The notes under the pieces were generated by a model. That model saw nothing but the letters and a program-made list of their open reading frames with translations. It searched no databases and was not told the origin of the DNA. A stretch of DNA of 63,986 nt, counting the filler, from Catajapyx aquilonaris (lineage: Eukaryota): the NCBI GenBank assembly GCA_000934665.2. It is 3 parts of 3 records of this genome, joined end to end, with 100 filler letters (N's around TTAATTAATTAA, not from the genome) between each part and the next. Parts side by side here need not be neighbours in the genome. Positions count along the whole stretch, not along the records: positions 1 to 21,335 come from JYFJ02006079.1; 2 more parts are not named here. One strand, given 5' to 3'. This document shows positions 1-12,800 of this stretch, piece by piece (the stretch's first letter is position 1; every line of letters starts with the position of its first letter). Made by a program: the position numbers and the translations under genes.

Positions 1-356
1 TCAATCAACTGGTACTCAAAACTTATTAAATGCATCTTTATAATGTCACTTCATATAATTTATTAATCGAAACGTAATTAAACTACCATTGCTAATGTCA
101 AGCTAATGTGCTGCGGGTCGATGAATCCGGACATGACTGTACGTTATGCAGAACCGGGTGATATTTTCCAAAGGGAAAAATGGCCGACTGACTTTTGCAT
201 TGCAGACCTTTTCCCTTCCAAAACTTTGCCAAAATCCCACCTGGATTGAAAGAATTAGTGCCGAAATTAGGGTGAGTCGGTCTGGAAAAGATTGGGCGGC
301 AGTTTATTTCCACATTTCATCCGCACAGAGTGTCCACAACAAGAGTGAAGCCAAAG

Positions 357-2599
357 ATGAGTCCTTCGGTGTGCTGCATCGACACTTGTCCCAACCACAG
401 TTGTTCGGGAGAGGTCGACCAAGGCCTGCCCCCGTCGTTCTTCCCCTTCCCGACATGCCCCCACCTGATGCGGGTATGGATGAAGGCCATCCTGGACCCG
501 CTGAACTCCAGGGTCTGCTCCGACCACTTTGCCACCACCGACATTGAGCTGGACACCTGCGGGCGTAGTAAGCTGAAGGAAGGCGCGGTCCCCGTCTTCA
601 TACTTCGGGCAGGTACTTTGGTTTGAATTAACAGTCGATTCCGGATGTAACAGACTGGGGCGCAGTCCGCAGTGTAACTGAGGTCTGTTATAGCCGAGGC
701 TGTTATATCCAGATTCAACTTTTGAGGCCGAGGCAAGCCGATAGTGATGTTTCAACTGCGGTTACTTTTAAGTGATGGATACTGAAACTCCAGCAACTCC
801 CAGCAGTCCTTCACCGGCAAAGGAAACTACAAAATCAAGGGATTCTCTAAAGCAACGGTCGAAGCCAGTCGCTCTCGGCAAAGTTGAAAAGAGGAAAGAA
901 GCGACTGAACCCTCAGCAGAAACATACCGGTATATCAAATTAATAATGATATGTACTAACAGTTGCGTAACGTTTGAGGATGAATCTTACATTAATTATG
1001 TGTCGATTGTATTACAGGAATGACAATGATGCACATGAGTTGGAAAGTGATGATTCAGCAACGTTGGATTCACCTCTGGCAGAAGTAGATGATGAGCCAG
1101 GCAATGATGAAGACCAAGTTGTGCATGAAGCGAGCCGAGTGTCAGCCGTGAGCAATGCGGATGAAATGCCTTGGTTGTGCAGGAAATGTAAGCAGGGTTT
1201 CACCACAAGTTTAGACCTCAAGAGACATGTGTACATAACCCACCATGTGATTGTGTTTCCATGTGAGGGTTGCAAGAAGCAGTTTCAGAGCGAACAGACG
1301 TTACAGGCTCACAAGAAGTTCTGCGGAAAGGGTCAGGGAATTGCGGCGCCAAAGGCCAAACGAAGCAAGCAGTTAGTTGATTCAAATCATGCAGATGCTA
1401 CAAGGAAAGTTCAGGTTGCGAGTACCAATGGGACTCATCAAATTGGCCAGCGTGCTAAGATAGCTGGAGAAACACACCGAGATGTACCTTCAGATAAGAT
1501 CAAATTCAGCGTAGAGGCGAAGAATTCGGTCAACATCAAAGCTGACCAGAAGAAAATTGTACCTTCCTGTCCGAAGCAAACACCAGTTTTCCAGTGTGAA
1601 ATGTGTGGAAAACAGCTCCAGTCCAGTTCAAGCTTCAAGAACCATGTACAACGTGCTTGCCCGATGCTGGACTCTGTGGCCAAAATGAATTCTAAGCACA
1701 AATGCGAAACGTGCGGTGAAGGCTTCAGTAGCAAGAAGAAACTGGCGAATCATTCCTGGGTGCACTACAAGATGTTCAAGTGCCAGATATGTGAGAAAAG
1801 GTTTTTTTATAAGATCCGATTCTTTAAGCATCTTCAGACTCACCTGGATCGGAAGACACACAATGCGGAGGAGATATTGGCGTGTGAAACATGCGGTAAG
1901 TCATTCCAGACTGATAAGTCGCTGCAGAAGCATCGTGGAGTGCACAACTACAAGCCGTACTCATGCGAGACGTGTGGGAAGAAATATGAAGTCGCCAAGG
2001 CATTTGAGGCACATTGCGCATCACACATGGAGCAGTACGTGTGTGACACCTGCGGGAAGATATGCCGCAATAAGGCTGCACTGCAGATGCACCACCGCAT
2101 TTGCCACAATAATGAACGGCCTCATGTGTGTGATATATGCGGCAAGTCATTCGTTGTAAGAAGTAATCTTGCTATCCATCACAAGAGGCATGTAGGAGAT
2201 AAGCGTCACTTGTGTTTAGTGTGCGACAAGGCGTTTTACACAAGGACTTCGCTGAAGACCCACCAGATGCTGCACACTGGGGAGAGACCATGGAAGTGCG
2301 AGACGTGTGGGAAGGGGTTTAGAGTCCGGCAATCTCTGACCATCCATGTGAAAACACACGTGCAGAAGTCACACCAATGTGGCATTTGCGGGGACCAGTT
2401 TGCCACAAAGGAAATGCTGGACTCGCATCAGAGAGTTCACGATAAGATCAAGAAGACTCCAGAGCCTTTTACATGCAAGTGTGGGAGAGGTTTTGATAAA
2501 GCGAGTAGCCTGAAGCACCATCAGTCTCATCACCTGAAGGGCGGCACACCTGTAAAATCCACCGCATCGATTAAGCGGCATCGCACCAAGAGGACGTAA
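357..2599 (+). CDS. THAP-domain / multi-C2H2 zinc-finger transcription factor (exons 357-612, 773-929, 1018-2599)
   Basis: Exon 1 encodes a THAP signature (CCIDTC...FFPFP...W...VCSDHF...LKEGAVP). GT-AG introns 613-772 and 930-1017 join in frame to ORF 974..2599, which has about 13 C2H2/C2HC fingers with HTGERP-type linkers. Confidence 0.88.
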
Positions 2600-2923
2600 G
2601 ATTGCGTCAGGTCAGGTAAGACACTTAGGACTCAGTACTGTCTTGCCTTGCGTGAACGGACACATACAGGTGAAAAACCTTTTGCTTTCAGCGCTTGCGG
2701 AAAGGCCTTCAACAACCCACAGCCGTTGAAATTCCATGTAATGATACATACTGGAGAGAAGCCGTTCAAATGCTGCTTGTGCGGGCAGGGATTCTGCAGC
2801 CTCCAATCCCTGGCTCTTCATCGCATCTTGTGCAAAGAGAAACATGATGAAGGCCTTACCAGTGATATGTCCGCAGTGACGGACAGTCCAAAGAAGGAAA
2901 GCAGCATGAATAATGTGGAGTGA
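2600..2923 (+). pseudogene. In-frame decayed zinc-finger tail beyond the TAA stop of the THAP-ZF gene
   Basis: Same frame as 974..2599 and open after TAA 2597-2599: DCVRSGKT..LALRERTHTGEKPFAFSACGKAF..HVMIHTGEKPFKCCLCGQGF..HRILC. Two of the three fingers have lost zinc ligands. Confidence 0.7.
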
Positions 2924-3578
2924 CGTCAGGTGAAGTAACGTTCATGCAAAGGATATCCCTCTTCTCTTCAGTGTAGAAGTAAAGATGTCTGGAGAATAAA
3001 CGTACTGGTAGAATTACAGATGGGCTTCGTGATCCATTGTTTATGCCCCCTGAATATTGTTGAGCATGTTGGCAAAAACCCATGCCAAACGTATAACATG
3101 TACTGCTAAATGCAAATTCTGGTGTGTCTGACAGTATTTTGCGATTATTAATTTCAAAATGTTCGCAGCAATATCCTGAAAGGGAGATAAGTTGTCAGCA
3201 TAGTTTAAGGAATAAAACAATGTCCTCATTATTTTTCCTAGACTGACTCACTTTTTTATGTACAGTATTTACAGTGTTTATTTTTTATAGTACTTATTTT
3301 TACAGTACTGGTATTTCTTTTATCTTAAACAGTATAATATACAGCATTTAATTTACCTTACAGACTGCACAGGATTTATTTTTACTGTCAAATTTGGCCT
3401 CCTCCTAACACCATTGTTGCAATTGATAATCATTCGTTCTAAAGTCCAGATAATCCTAATTAAGGTTTTTGAATCACATTTTGTTTATTTACCCCACCAC
3501 TCCACTTTTTGGGGGGTTGCAGGGCTACCTCATACCCTACCTCTACTGGGGAAGGGCAAGTACAATCTCATTTATCCT

Positions 3579-4080
3579 TCAATCAACTGGCTCTCAAAAC
3601 TTATTAAATGCACCTTTATAATATCACACTTCATGTAATTAATAATTACCCTGGTCCCTGGATGAAGGCCTTACCAGTAACATGTCTGCAGTGACGTACA
3701 GTCCAAAGAAGGAAAGCAACACGAATAATGTGGAGTGACGTACATTCATGCGAAGAAAATCACACTTCACTTCAGTGTGGAAGTCATATAATTATCTTGA
3801 GACATGTAGCAATACAGAAGGGCTTCGTACGAGTTATGCCCTGCATTGTTGAGTGTGTTGACACTTCCTCAAAATCCACAAAGTCTCATACACATATAGT
3901 AATTACATGTACTGCATGATGTATGCTTAAAGAAAACTGCTGCATCCAACAGTAATTTCAAAATGATTGCAGCAATAAAATCCTGAATTGGAGATAATAC
4001 GTGCTGTCTGCAAATTTAATTAATAATCAAATAATGACCTCTTTATTATTTTTTCTAGAGTGACTCGCCTTTTTATTGAT
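3579..4080 (+). pseudogene. Internally deleted tandem duplicate of the THAP-ZF locus
   Basis: 3579-3645 resembles 1-67 (tcaatcaactgg..caaaacttattaaatgca). 3661-4080 resembles 2846-3260 (gatgaaggccttaccagt..agtccaaagaaggaaagca..aataatgtggagtgacgt). Confidence 0.75.
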
Positions 4081-4640
4081 TTACAGGATTTAATGTACCT
4101 TACAGTATTATGTACTGTACATTATTTTGTGCATATTTACAGTATTTATTTTTGCAGTATTTACAGTAGGCCATTTTTTGCAGTGTGAACAGTATTTATT
4201 ATTATGGTATTTAGTTTATTTTTTCAATATATACAGTGGGCGGATTATTTATTCATGTACAGTATTTACATGATTTAATTTGCCCTACCGTATTTACAGC
4301 ATTTAATTTACCCTACAGTAATTGCAATAGGCTACTTAATTTACCCTGCAGTATTTTACGGCCATTGCAGCATTTATTATTATGGTATTTACAGTAACTT
4401 ATTTGTTATGGTATTTACAGTAACTTATTTGTTATGGTATTGACAGGATTAATAATTTCAGCATTTACAGTAGGCCTATTTATTATACAGCATTTAATTT
4501 ACCTTACAGTATTTATTTCACGGTAATTACATCATTATTGCGGTAATTATATCCTTTATTATTGTGGTATTTACATGTAATTTATTTTTACGGTGTATAG
4601 TTTCTTACAGTATTTACCTGACAGTATTTATTTTTACGGT
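4080..4640. repeat. Degenerate AT-rich minisatellite (tttacagtattt-like units)
   Basis: Recurrent tttacagtattta / tttacagcattta motifs; a related array is at about 3255-3390. Confidence 0.7.
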
Positions 4641-4694
4641 ATTCATTTTTTAAACCCAACTCATGTGAATCACCCAAGATTCGAATTCGCGCGC

Positions 4695-4870
4695 AGCAGG
4701 GTTGCCAATCACCCCAACAGATGGCAGCCCTTTTTTTTGCGCCAAACCGGCCAATCGCAGCGACACGTAACAATCGCCAATGACGTCACCCAATTCCGTC
4801 ATCGCGATTCGCCGAAACGTCACTGCAACCGTGACGTCACGGGCAACACCCACACCTTTCGACCAATCAG
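4695..4870 (+). promoter_or_regulatory. Putative OGDH proximal promoter with CRE and CCAAT motifs
   Basis: CpG-rich patch with perfect TGACGTCA at 4781-4788 and 4832-4839 and several CCAAT boxes, upstream of candidate non-coding-exon donors (gtaagt 5027, gtgaga 5274) and a strong acceptor at 6686. Confidence 0.45.
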
Positions 4871-6882
4871 CCGCTTCCTCCGAACCTGAGGGGCTTCTCT
4901 GAACTCACAACATTCAATTCGCACCCAAATTAATCCTCTAATTAATCACTGTTAATAAGCTAACTATTTTTAAACCTGTTGTAATGTACATGTAATTAGT
5001 ATGCAGTGGTGTAATATAAGTAGAGTGTAAGTATTGCCAGCCGCCACTTTCGTCCGTATCGTGTCGCTACGATCGCCTCTTTTTTTTTCATTAGCGTAAT
5101 TAATTATTTTTTTTCCCCTCCCTCCCTCCCCCCCTCTCATTACGGCACACCCAGGCAGGCAGGGTCCCCCAGCAGAGCCGTTCCTTTTTCGAGTCCGCAT
5201 CCCTCGGGAGAACTAGGAGCGGTCGGCAGCCGTAGGGGGAAACACTCCGCATGGCCTAAAGAAGATTCCTCTGGTGAGAAACACACACACAAGAAAATCA
5301 CACACAGGAAAATCGAACGTGGGACACTTTAATTTGAAGTTTGGCGCCACTAAAATTTTGTGCGTTAAAAATTTGGCATTTTAACATTTTTTTGAGGAAG
5401 TGAAAGTGAATGTTCCTTTTTTTATACGTGTTGGGGGTTGGACCGTTACTTGCTGTAATTAGGTTACGCAGAGGCCGCAGTACGTAACGGCCAGCACATG
5501 TGGAACATTATTGGAACAATTGCGGTACCGGTACACTGAAAAACTGAAATTTGAATTGCGGTGCACCGAAACATATTGGAATTAAGTGCACCAGTTGTTG
5601 GCTTGTCAGATATTACCGGTAATTAATAACTATGCCCTGCGCACATACTTGGTACAATGATAATGAGCTTGACCCACTGTGCATGGATTATAATTAATAT
5701 AAATTAATATGTAGGCCGTTGCACCAAATATGATCAGCAGTATTGATTGAACTTGTACTTAATAATTTCCCCGCAATTAGTGGTACTGAGACTTGCGGCT
5801 GGTTATATTGCAAGGACACAGGGTAATTAGACTTTGTGATTTGGGCTATAAAATGCCTTGTGGTGTTTGCTATATATGGACAGGGTTTTATCATTTCCAA
5901 CTGTAAATGTGTTTACTAGGGTATGTTTCGAAGTGGCTTTTCTTAATTAGTGTATTGTGCAATCAGTGGTATAATTAACCGCAATTGATACGAAATATTG
6001 ATTGCAAAAGTAGAATATGTGCTGGCCGGTGCAACTCTGAATTTATTTTTCCTGCGTAATACGTTAGCGTTTGTTCATGTAACGGCAGAGATGTACACAC
6101 AGCTGGACCATGTCGGCATGTACGACTTCATTGCATGCGTACAATTATGCATTCAACATGAAGCGCACGTTATGATATTTACACCGATGCAGATCGGAGT
6201 TGGCTTCCAATATTGTTATGCAAAATAGTACAGCTGTTTTGATCTCTGATGTTATTGCCCCATATCTTGATTTCATATTCCGCTTACGTGTAATAAACAT
6301 TGTTGTAATTACCAGTCTTTAAAAATCAGTTCGCAACTCTGATCGAAGCTGTAAGGCCATTGAAATACTAATTGGTTTTTTAAATACGAAATTAATTTCC
6401 CCAGGTCATACCAGTAGTAAACATTGTTGTAATTTCCGTTCTTTAAAAGTAAGTTCGCTAGTTGTAAGATCGCATGGTGTACAATGTAAGCGTCAGTGGT
6501 ACTGAAATAGTGATTGCGATTTTTGATAAAAATTACTTCCCTCAGGTCGTACCAGTAATAAATATTAACTGTGGTCAGTATTTGCAAGGTTACTTTGCAT
6601 AACTAGTTTTTGTTTGTGTTTTTGGCTTGAAATAATGGATTTTACATGCTATTTTTTTTCTCTCTCTTTCTCTTTCTCTCACTCAGCCTGCTCAACTTGG
6701 CCACCTGCCACGACTTTTTTGGGGGAAGAGAGAAGACCTTGCTGTGACACTAGTGCAAAAATAAATCCCAGTCCACACTCCCCTACCCTTGGAAAGTTCA
6801 GTCCCCACTGCCCCACATCAATACCCAACAACGCTAAAACAGCAACAAGAAGAAGTAGTAACATACAAAAACACATTTAAAA

Positions 6883-9800
6883 ATGCATCGTATGAGGACA
6901 GCTGTGACCAACTTCCTTCCCTTGGTACCGCTGGTTCCGCAGTCAGCCCCGCGCAAGTTCGCGACCTGGCTGCTGAAGGCAAACCCTCCGAGGGCCAGTT
7001 CGGCAGTGCTGACCACCGGGAGTGTGAGAAAATACAATGCTCCGGTTGCCGCCGACCCTTTCCTCAATGGCAGCTCCTCTACGTACGTCGAGGAGATGTA
7101 CAATTCGTGGCTGGCCGACCCTAAGAGCGTGCATGCCGTGAGTAACCTTAAGACTTTAGTGGCACCGACACGTGCGATATTTATGTTGCTGCATCGCAAT
7201 CAAGAAATTTGGCGATTGCACATATCTACAGAGTTTACCTTGCTGCATTGCAATCGAGAAATTCAACAATAAATTAGTTGCCGATGCGATTGGGCTGCAC
7301 AAATAGGATAAATCACAGCTGATGAAACTTCCTGCCGATTTTTTTACCAACTTATCTCTTTTACGGCCATTTGCGATTCAATTTAATCAGTAGTTAGAGT
7401 CGTACTCGATGGCCTTTTAAAAGTCCGGTATCAATACAAGACTATTGTGAAGGATGGCTTCCTCCCATTGATCCGGAGGTGAAATATTTATAGATAGAAT
7501 GGCAGGGTTGCCGTTTGGGAGACTGGGTTACGTAATAGATCATCATCAGTACCGTTTTTCTGGATGGCAGAATCCAGTACGTCAATTTGGTGATTCAGTG
7601 CCCCGAATCTTGCATAAGAGCTGACAACATTGCGTGTGCTAAACATTGGTAGTAATTTCGCTACCGGCGGTTGTAATCTTGTAACATGGAGAGGACCCAG
7701 ATTGCGGATAAATTTCCCTTGAGAGCGTTATCACTGATTGTGCTTCCACGTTTACATAGCACATGTTACAACTGTCTCGAACTGTCAACCTTGGATGCGG
7801 TACTGCCAGTTGAGATGATTGCCGTACCCAAGGATGACCTTGTAAGGTGTCATAAAAGACATATATTGTTTTCTGTGAGCTGAATTAAGTGCCTGGAGGC
7901 GTAGAGATAGAAAGGAAAAGGCCTCCCAACTTTCATCTCCCTCTTGGCTTGGTTTATTGCTCTCCATCTAGGTCACTGGGTTTTCGAAAATCACCGCCAC
8001 ACGTCTGGGGGTTAGGTAATGCAATGGAGGGCAGGTAAAAATTCTGGAGGGCGTGGTGGGAAGTGCAATTAGGAAACATGCGAGGCATGCGATGCATACC
8101 CTTGGAAAATAAAGGTCAGAATATTTCACATCGCAAGAGCAATCTTGAAATATTTGCAGCTGATGAGGTCTTTGACTCTAATGATGTATGCACCTGCTGC
8201 AGTGACAGTGCATAAGACAATTGCGGTAACGAGCCCAGTGTGACGCAGTTGACCCCTAAAAATGCACACCGAAGCATTCGACATGAAAGTGGTGGCACAC
8301 CTGGTGCAAAGGGCAGCTTCTATTATAACCTCTGGGGCTTGCATGTATCTTTATTCATGGCATGTTGCGACATTCAAGGATGTATGGCCCTCTCCGCACA
8401 CAAGTTCAGCCCATATGACGTACGAAGGGCGTTCATCTTGCGGGTAGGATTGCACACCCGTGGATATTCATGCGCTCACATGTTGCCGCGTGTAGATATG
8501 TTACGGAGATGGAAAAACACATGCGAACTCAAACACTTGAGCATAACAATAATGTCATCGCTGTAAAATTAAAAACCTGCTGTGTGGTGAAATTACAACT
8601 TTTAAGGAAGCTGAAAATATCGTTTAATTTTAAAGGTACATAGATTAACTCATGATCTATGTGGTACCTTTAAAATTAAATCATTATGACTTCTACGTGG
8701 TGCCTTTCAAATTAAACGATATGGACTTAAATCTACGTACCTTTTAAATTAAACAGGTTTTTTAGGCCTCCTGGAGAGTTGTCATTTCACCACAGCTGGT
8801 TTTTATTTTACAGCGACTATCTTCAAAAAGATATGTTGGGAATGCCATTTTATTACATTACAAAGCATGTAATAACGCAATTGCTGAACAAATAGGTTAT
8901 TATGTGCATTCGCTTCCAAGCACCTAGTTCTTAAGAACATTGTTGGCACGTTGCCTGAATTTTAAATAGCTTCTTCCAAACAGTTGGCAAGGGATTGTTG
9001 AGTTCCGGATGTGCCAAATAATAGGTGCCGAGGAAGGATCTGGACCGCCTTTTTTTTCTTCTTCTTTCAACGCACGTGATGTACGTCATAATATGCTGCA
9101 ATGTGTGGTGTGATGGAGCACATTCATGGCACACATTGCTGATATGATTAGATCGACAATGATAACTTAAAGTGTGCGGAGGAGTCCCCATAAATTGTTA
9201 GGGGGGGCGGTCACCCTTATTCGAAGGTCAAGTTTTCTTCCTGTCTTCCTTTTGAGCAAGTTGCGCATGAGAACTTTCATGTCAGATTTTCAAAGTCATG
9301 CGATGGGATTGACTAGACGAACTGGGGGATTGCTTGGAGGGGGAAAGTCCGCCTGTATCTGGCGTATCCCGGACCCATTAATGGTTTTTTCGATGTCTGG
9401 ATGCTCGACACCGAAACAATGATAACACGACCCTTTCAAGGCGGATGTGTCTCATCTGGCCGAGTGTAAATATACACTTAGTGGATTTCCCCATACACAA
9501 TCGTAGTAAATCGCCTTGTTTTATCTAACGGCTTATACGTTTTATCGTCTGATGCCCAGAAATTTCTAGTTATAATTTTCCTTATGATAGGCCATAAAAC
9601 AATGACCCCATTGTGGTTGAGTCAATCGGATGATATTGTTTACTGTACCAGGTCACCTTTACATGGATGTTAATTTTGTAAACAAACATGCAAATGCGGA
9701 CTATACACTCCTGATGTTTATTAGGTTGGCGAATAACTTGTTAAGCAAGTTTAGTAGGCAAACATGATGGCTTAGCAAATACTTATAGACTTGCTTTAAG

Positions 9801-12800
9801 TGAACTTTGCTGAATTCGATTGATTAGATGCGGATGTGCATAGAGTGTTAATAAGTGCCTTATTTGCTTACGATTCATTTTCGTTATGACGTGAAATTTT
9901 GTCCTGTGAAGGAGTTGCACCCAGACATGGTGCATATAACCTTTTTATGTTTTCCGAGTGAGAAGCGTACGAACTGCATTAATTAAGACGGGGGGGAAAG
10001 ACACTTTCCGGTGGTTTTCCCAAAGAGCTCACAAAACTGCTTTATCCGGTTTGTCGACCTGAAAGTTGCTTTCCCTACTAACGAGCCCCAATAATACGTG
10101 GATTTATTCACAGAATGGTTTATATGCTGTCAGGAGTAAAGTCCAACGTTAACGAACAAAATTACTTGGCCCCTAATTACTAATATATTTCTACATAGGT
10201 ATATGTTAATATACTCGTACAAGTCTCATAAATATTACAATGTGTTATTTCTTCTAAGTAGTGGGACTTGCTGTCATAATGGTCATAATGCAGTCCAAGA
10301 TGTGTTGAAGTTTAGAGAGAAGTGGGTACAGTAATTTACAGCTTTTTCCCTCCAAAAATCACATGCGAAAGTACGCTAAGAACGTTTTTACCCTGCTAAA
10401 ATTAGCTTACATACCTGTGCATCGTATAATCAGTCAAATAAGGTAATTAGTGTTCTTGTTAACTGGCAATTTGTCACTACTTGATTGGTCTGATTCCATC
10501 TTGTTTTCCTTTTCAAGTCCTGGGATTCATACTTCCGCAACACAGCAGCTGGGAAGTCCTCAGCCGAGTCCTACCAGCGGCCACCCTCGCTGGCCCTGCC
10601 TGGACGGAATGAAGTTCCCATCACTTCCCTCATCCCAGCGATGGGAGGAATGTCTGCCTTGGGGTCAGGTCACATCGACGAGAAGGTCATTGACGACCAT
10701 TTGGCCGTGCAGGCAATCATACGCTCGTACCAGGTAAGGGCTCTTCGAGAGCTGCCGAGGAGAGTGACGAAATGGAAGCGTTGATTTCAAGTTGTATGCA
10801 AAAAACAAGATATTATACAGAGCAATCACCTCCCAGGGTTAAGCACTTTTTAAAATAGATTCCAGGAGATATTTTTTTGTGTCATGTAGTTGGGTAAGTA
10901 AAAAAGTTCTGTGGAGCTTGAATGGTATTCGTGATTCAGTGGTTGTGTACAGTAGGATTTGTTAGGTTTGTGCCATGTTCTATATAAATTGTTGTGTCAG
11001 CACAATGGGAAGTCGAGTTATCTTCGGATTGGGAGAATATGCAGTTAATATTGTAAGAACAATAGGAAGGATTAAAATAAACGTGACATAGCGATCCCAG
11101 AGGGTCCTAATGTGCAGGATTAACTTTAATATTTGTGACAATGATTTGAATTTAGGCTGGATTTTACGTAGTAATGCTTTTTAGTTTAGATTTAAGTTAA
11201 TTTGGTTTTTACAATCTATGCAGATTCTTCAATTTTTCTCCCCCATATGATGCACTTCAAGCAGGGAGGAAATATTGCGATATTTTTATGATTCAAGAAT
11301 TCTGTTGTGTGGAACCGTATTGTTGGCGATTGAATTAAAAGGGCTTAAGTTTGTCAAACAAACCCTTCTAAGGACAAGGGACAAATCCGGGGAGTGTGTA
11401 GCACAAGTGTGGATTTTTTTTTCTTCAAATGCAGTGATCTTTTATACTTATGCATATGCATTGCGGCACACAAGTTGAATCATTGTCATTCATGACGTTT
11501 AATAATGCCACGTTTTGTACTAGTAACACTGTTGCCATCCTAACGAAGTTCTAATTGAATAACCTATTTGTCGATTTCATTAGCCATAAATTGCTCCTGT
11601 GCCGCTGCATAATTATGTACGAGAGATTTGCTGATTTGGGAGTGTTCTTTTTGTGTTTGGGTAGACCTGTTTGAAGTGCCGTGTAAAAAAAATGTTAAGC
11701 ACGTGAGGGATCAGGATCACTTTCAAAGAGCAAACGAGGGATTTCCGAACCGTTCTAAGCTTCCATTTTTTGCATGGCTATAATTTTTAACAATGGACAT
11801 AATTTTCCACTAGGGGATTGAAATGTTTTTTATTATGCTCATGAATCTTGATGACTCATGATGGCTGCTTTTCTCCCTTCCCATTTTATTGGAAAAAATA
11901 GTTTCATCTTGATTTTATATCATCTCTGTTGTGGTGTCTTTGCATGTTGATGTACACACTTTTGGCAAGAGTTGTGCATCACTTCTTTTTTAAAAAAAAT
12001 TACGGTGTTAATATCAGCTGGCTGCATTCGAAAAAAACTTGAACGGCTTCGGCTAAATTCTCTTTGGCCTGTTGCACCATCTTTTTACGTAATGATACAA
12101 TTAAGATGGTTTGTCCCATTAAGTTTCATTGGTTCGTTATTCATGCTCGTGATAACTGTTACTGGTCGCATTTGTCTCGAAATATATTCATTTTGTAATA
12201 TTAACGATGTGGTTCATGCTCATCCTTTCCACTATTACGATTCATGTATAAGAAGGTAACTTATGAAGTTATGATTCACTTGGCAATACTAACTGTAGTA
12301 CGTTTTCATCCATTCACTGTTACGACTCATGCATAAGAAGGTAATGTGAAAGTCAAGGGCATTAAAAAGTACCAGTGCTAAGTTACTTGTACGAAGCAAA
12401 TGTAATCTGAATGACGGCTCTCATTTTAAAAATATTACGAATACATGTAACTTAACGGTTTGTTACGGTCGAAAATGATTAATTTATGAAAATGAATAGT
12501 ATTTTTAAAGACCGATACAGTTATCCGCATGGATTGCTTGAGGCGACTGCAGCCTGTACCTACAGCTTATACCCACCCTTATAGTCTGTTTAAGTAAGCA
12601 GTTCAGAAATATTCAGAGAAACGAAAGACCCCCCCCAAAAAAAAGAAAGTTCCGTGTACACATTGTGCGTGCCTCATGCAGGCTCGAGGCCACCACGTTG
12701 CTGCCCTTGACCCGCTACTGATCACGTACGCTGACCTGCACGAGACCTTCTACGAACGCAGCGGGACTCCCCCCGAATTGGTAGTGAGGAACTACATGCT

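Noticed and set aside
146..755. ORFs 146..547, 267..755 and 317..736
   Set aside because: Alternative-frame or antisense shadows of the THAP exon.
12220..12350. Duplicated catcc..cact.ttacga.tcatg.ataagaag|gtaa segments as a possible third OGDH alternative exon
   Set aside because: No RGH/LDPL similarity and no good acceptor; looks like a small local tandem duplication.
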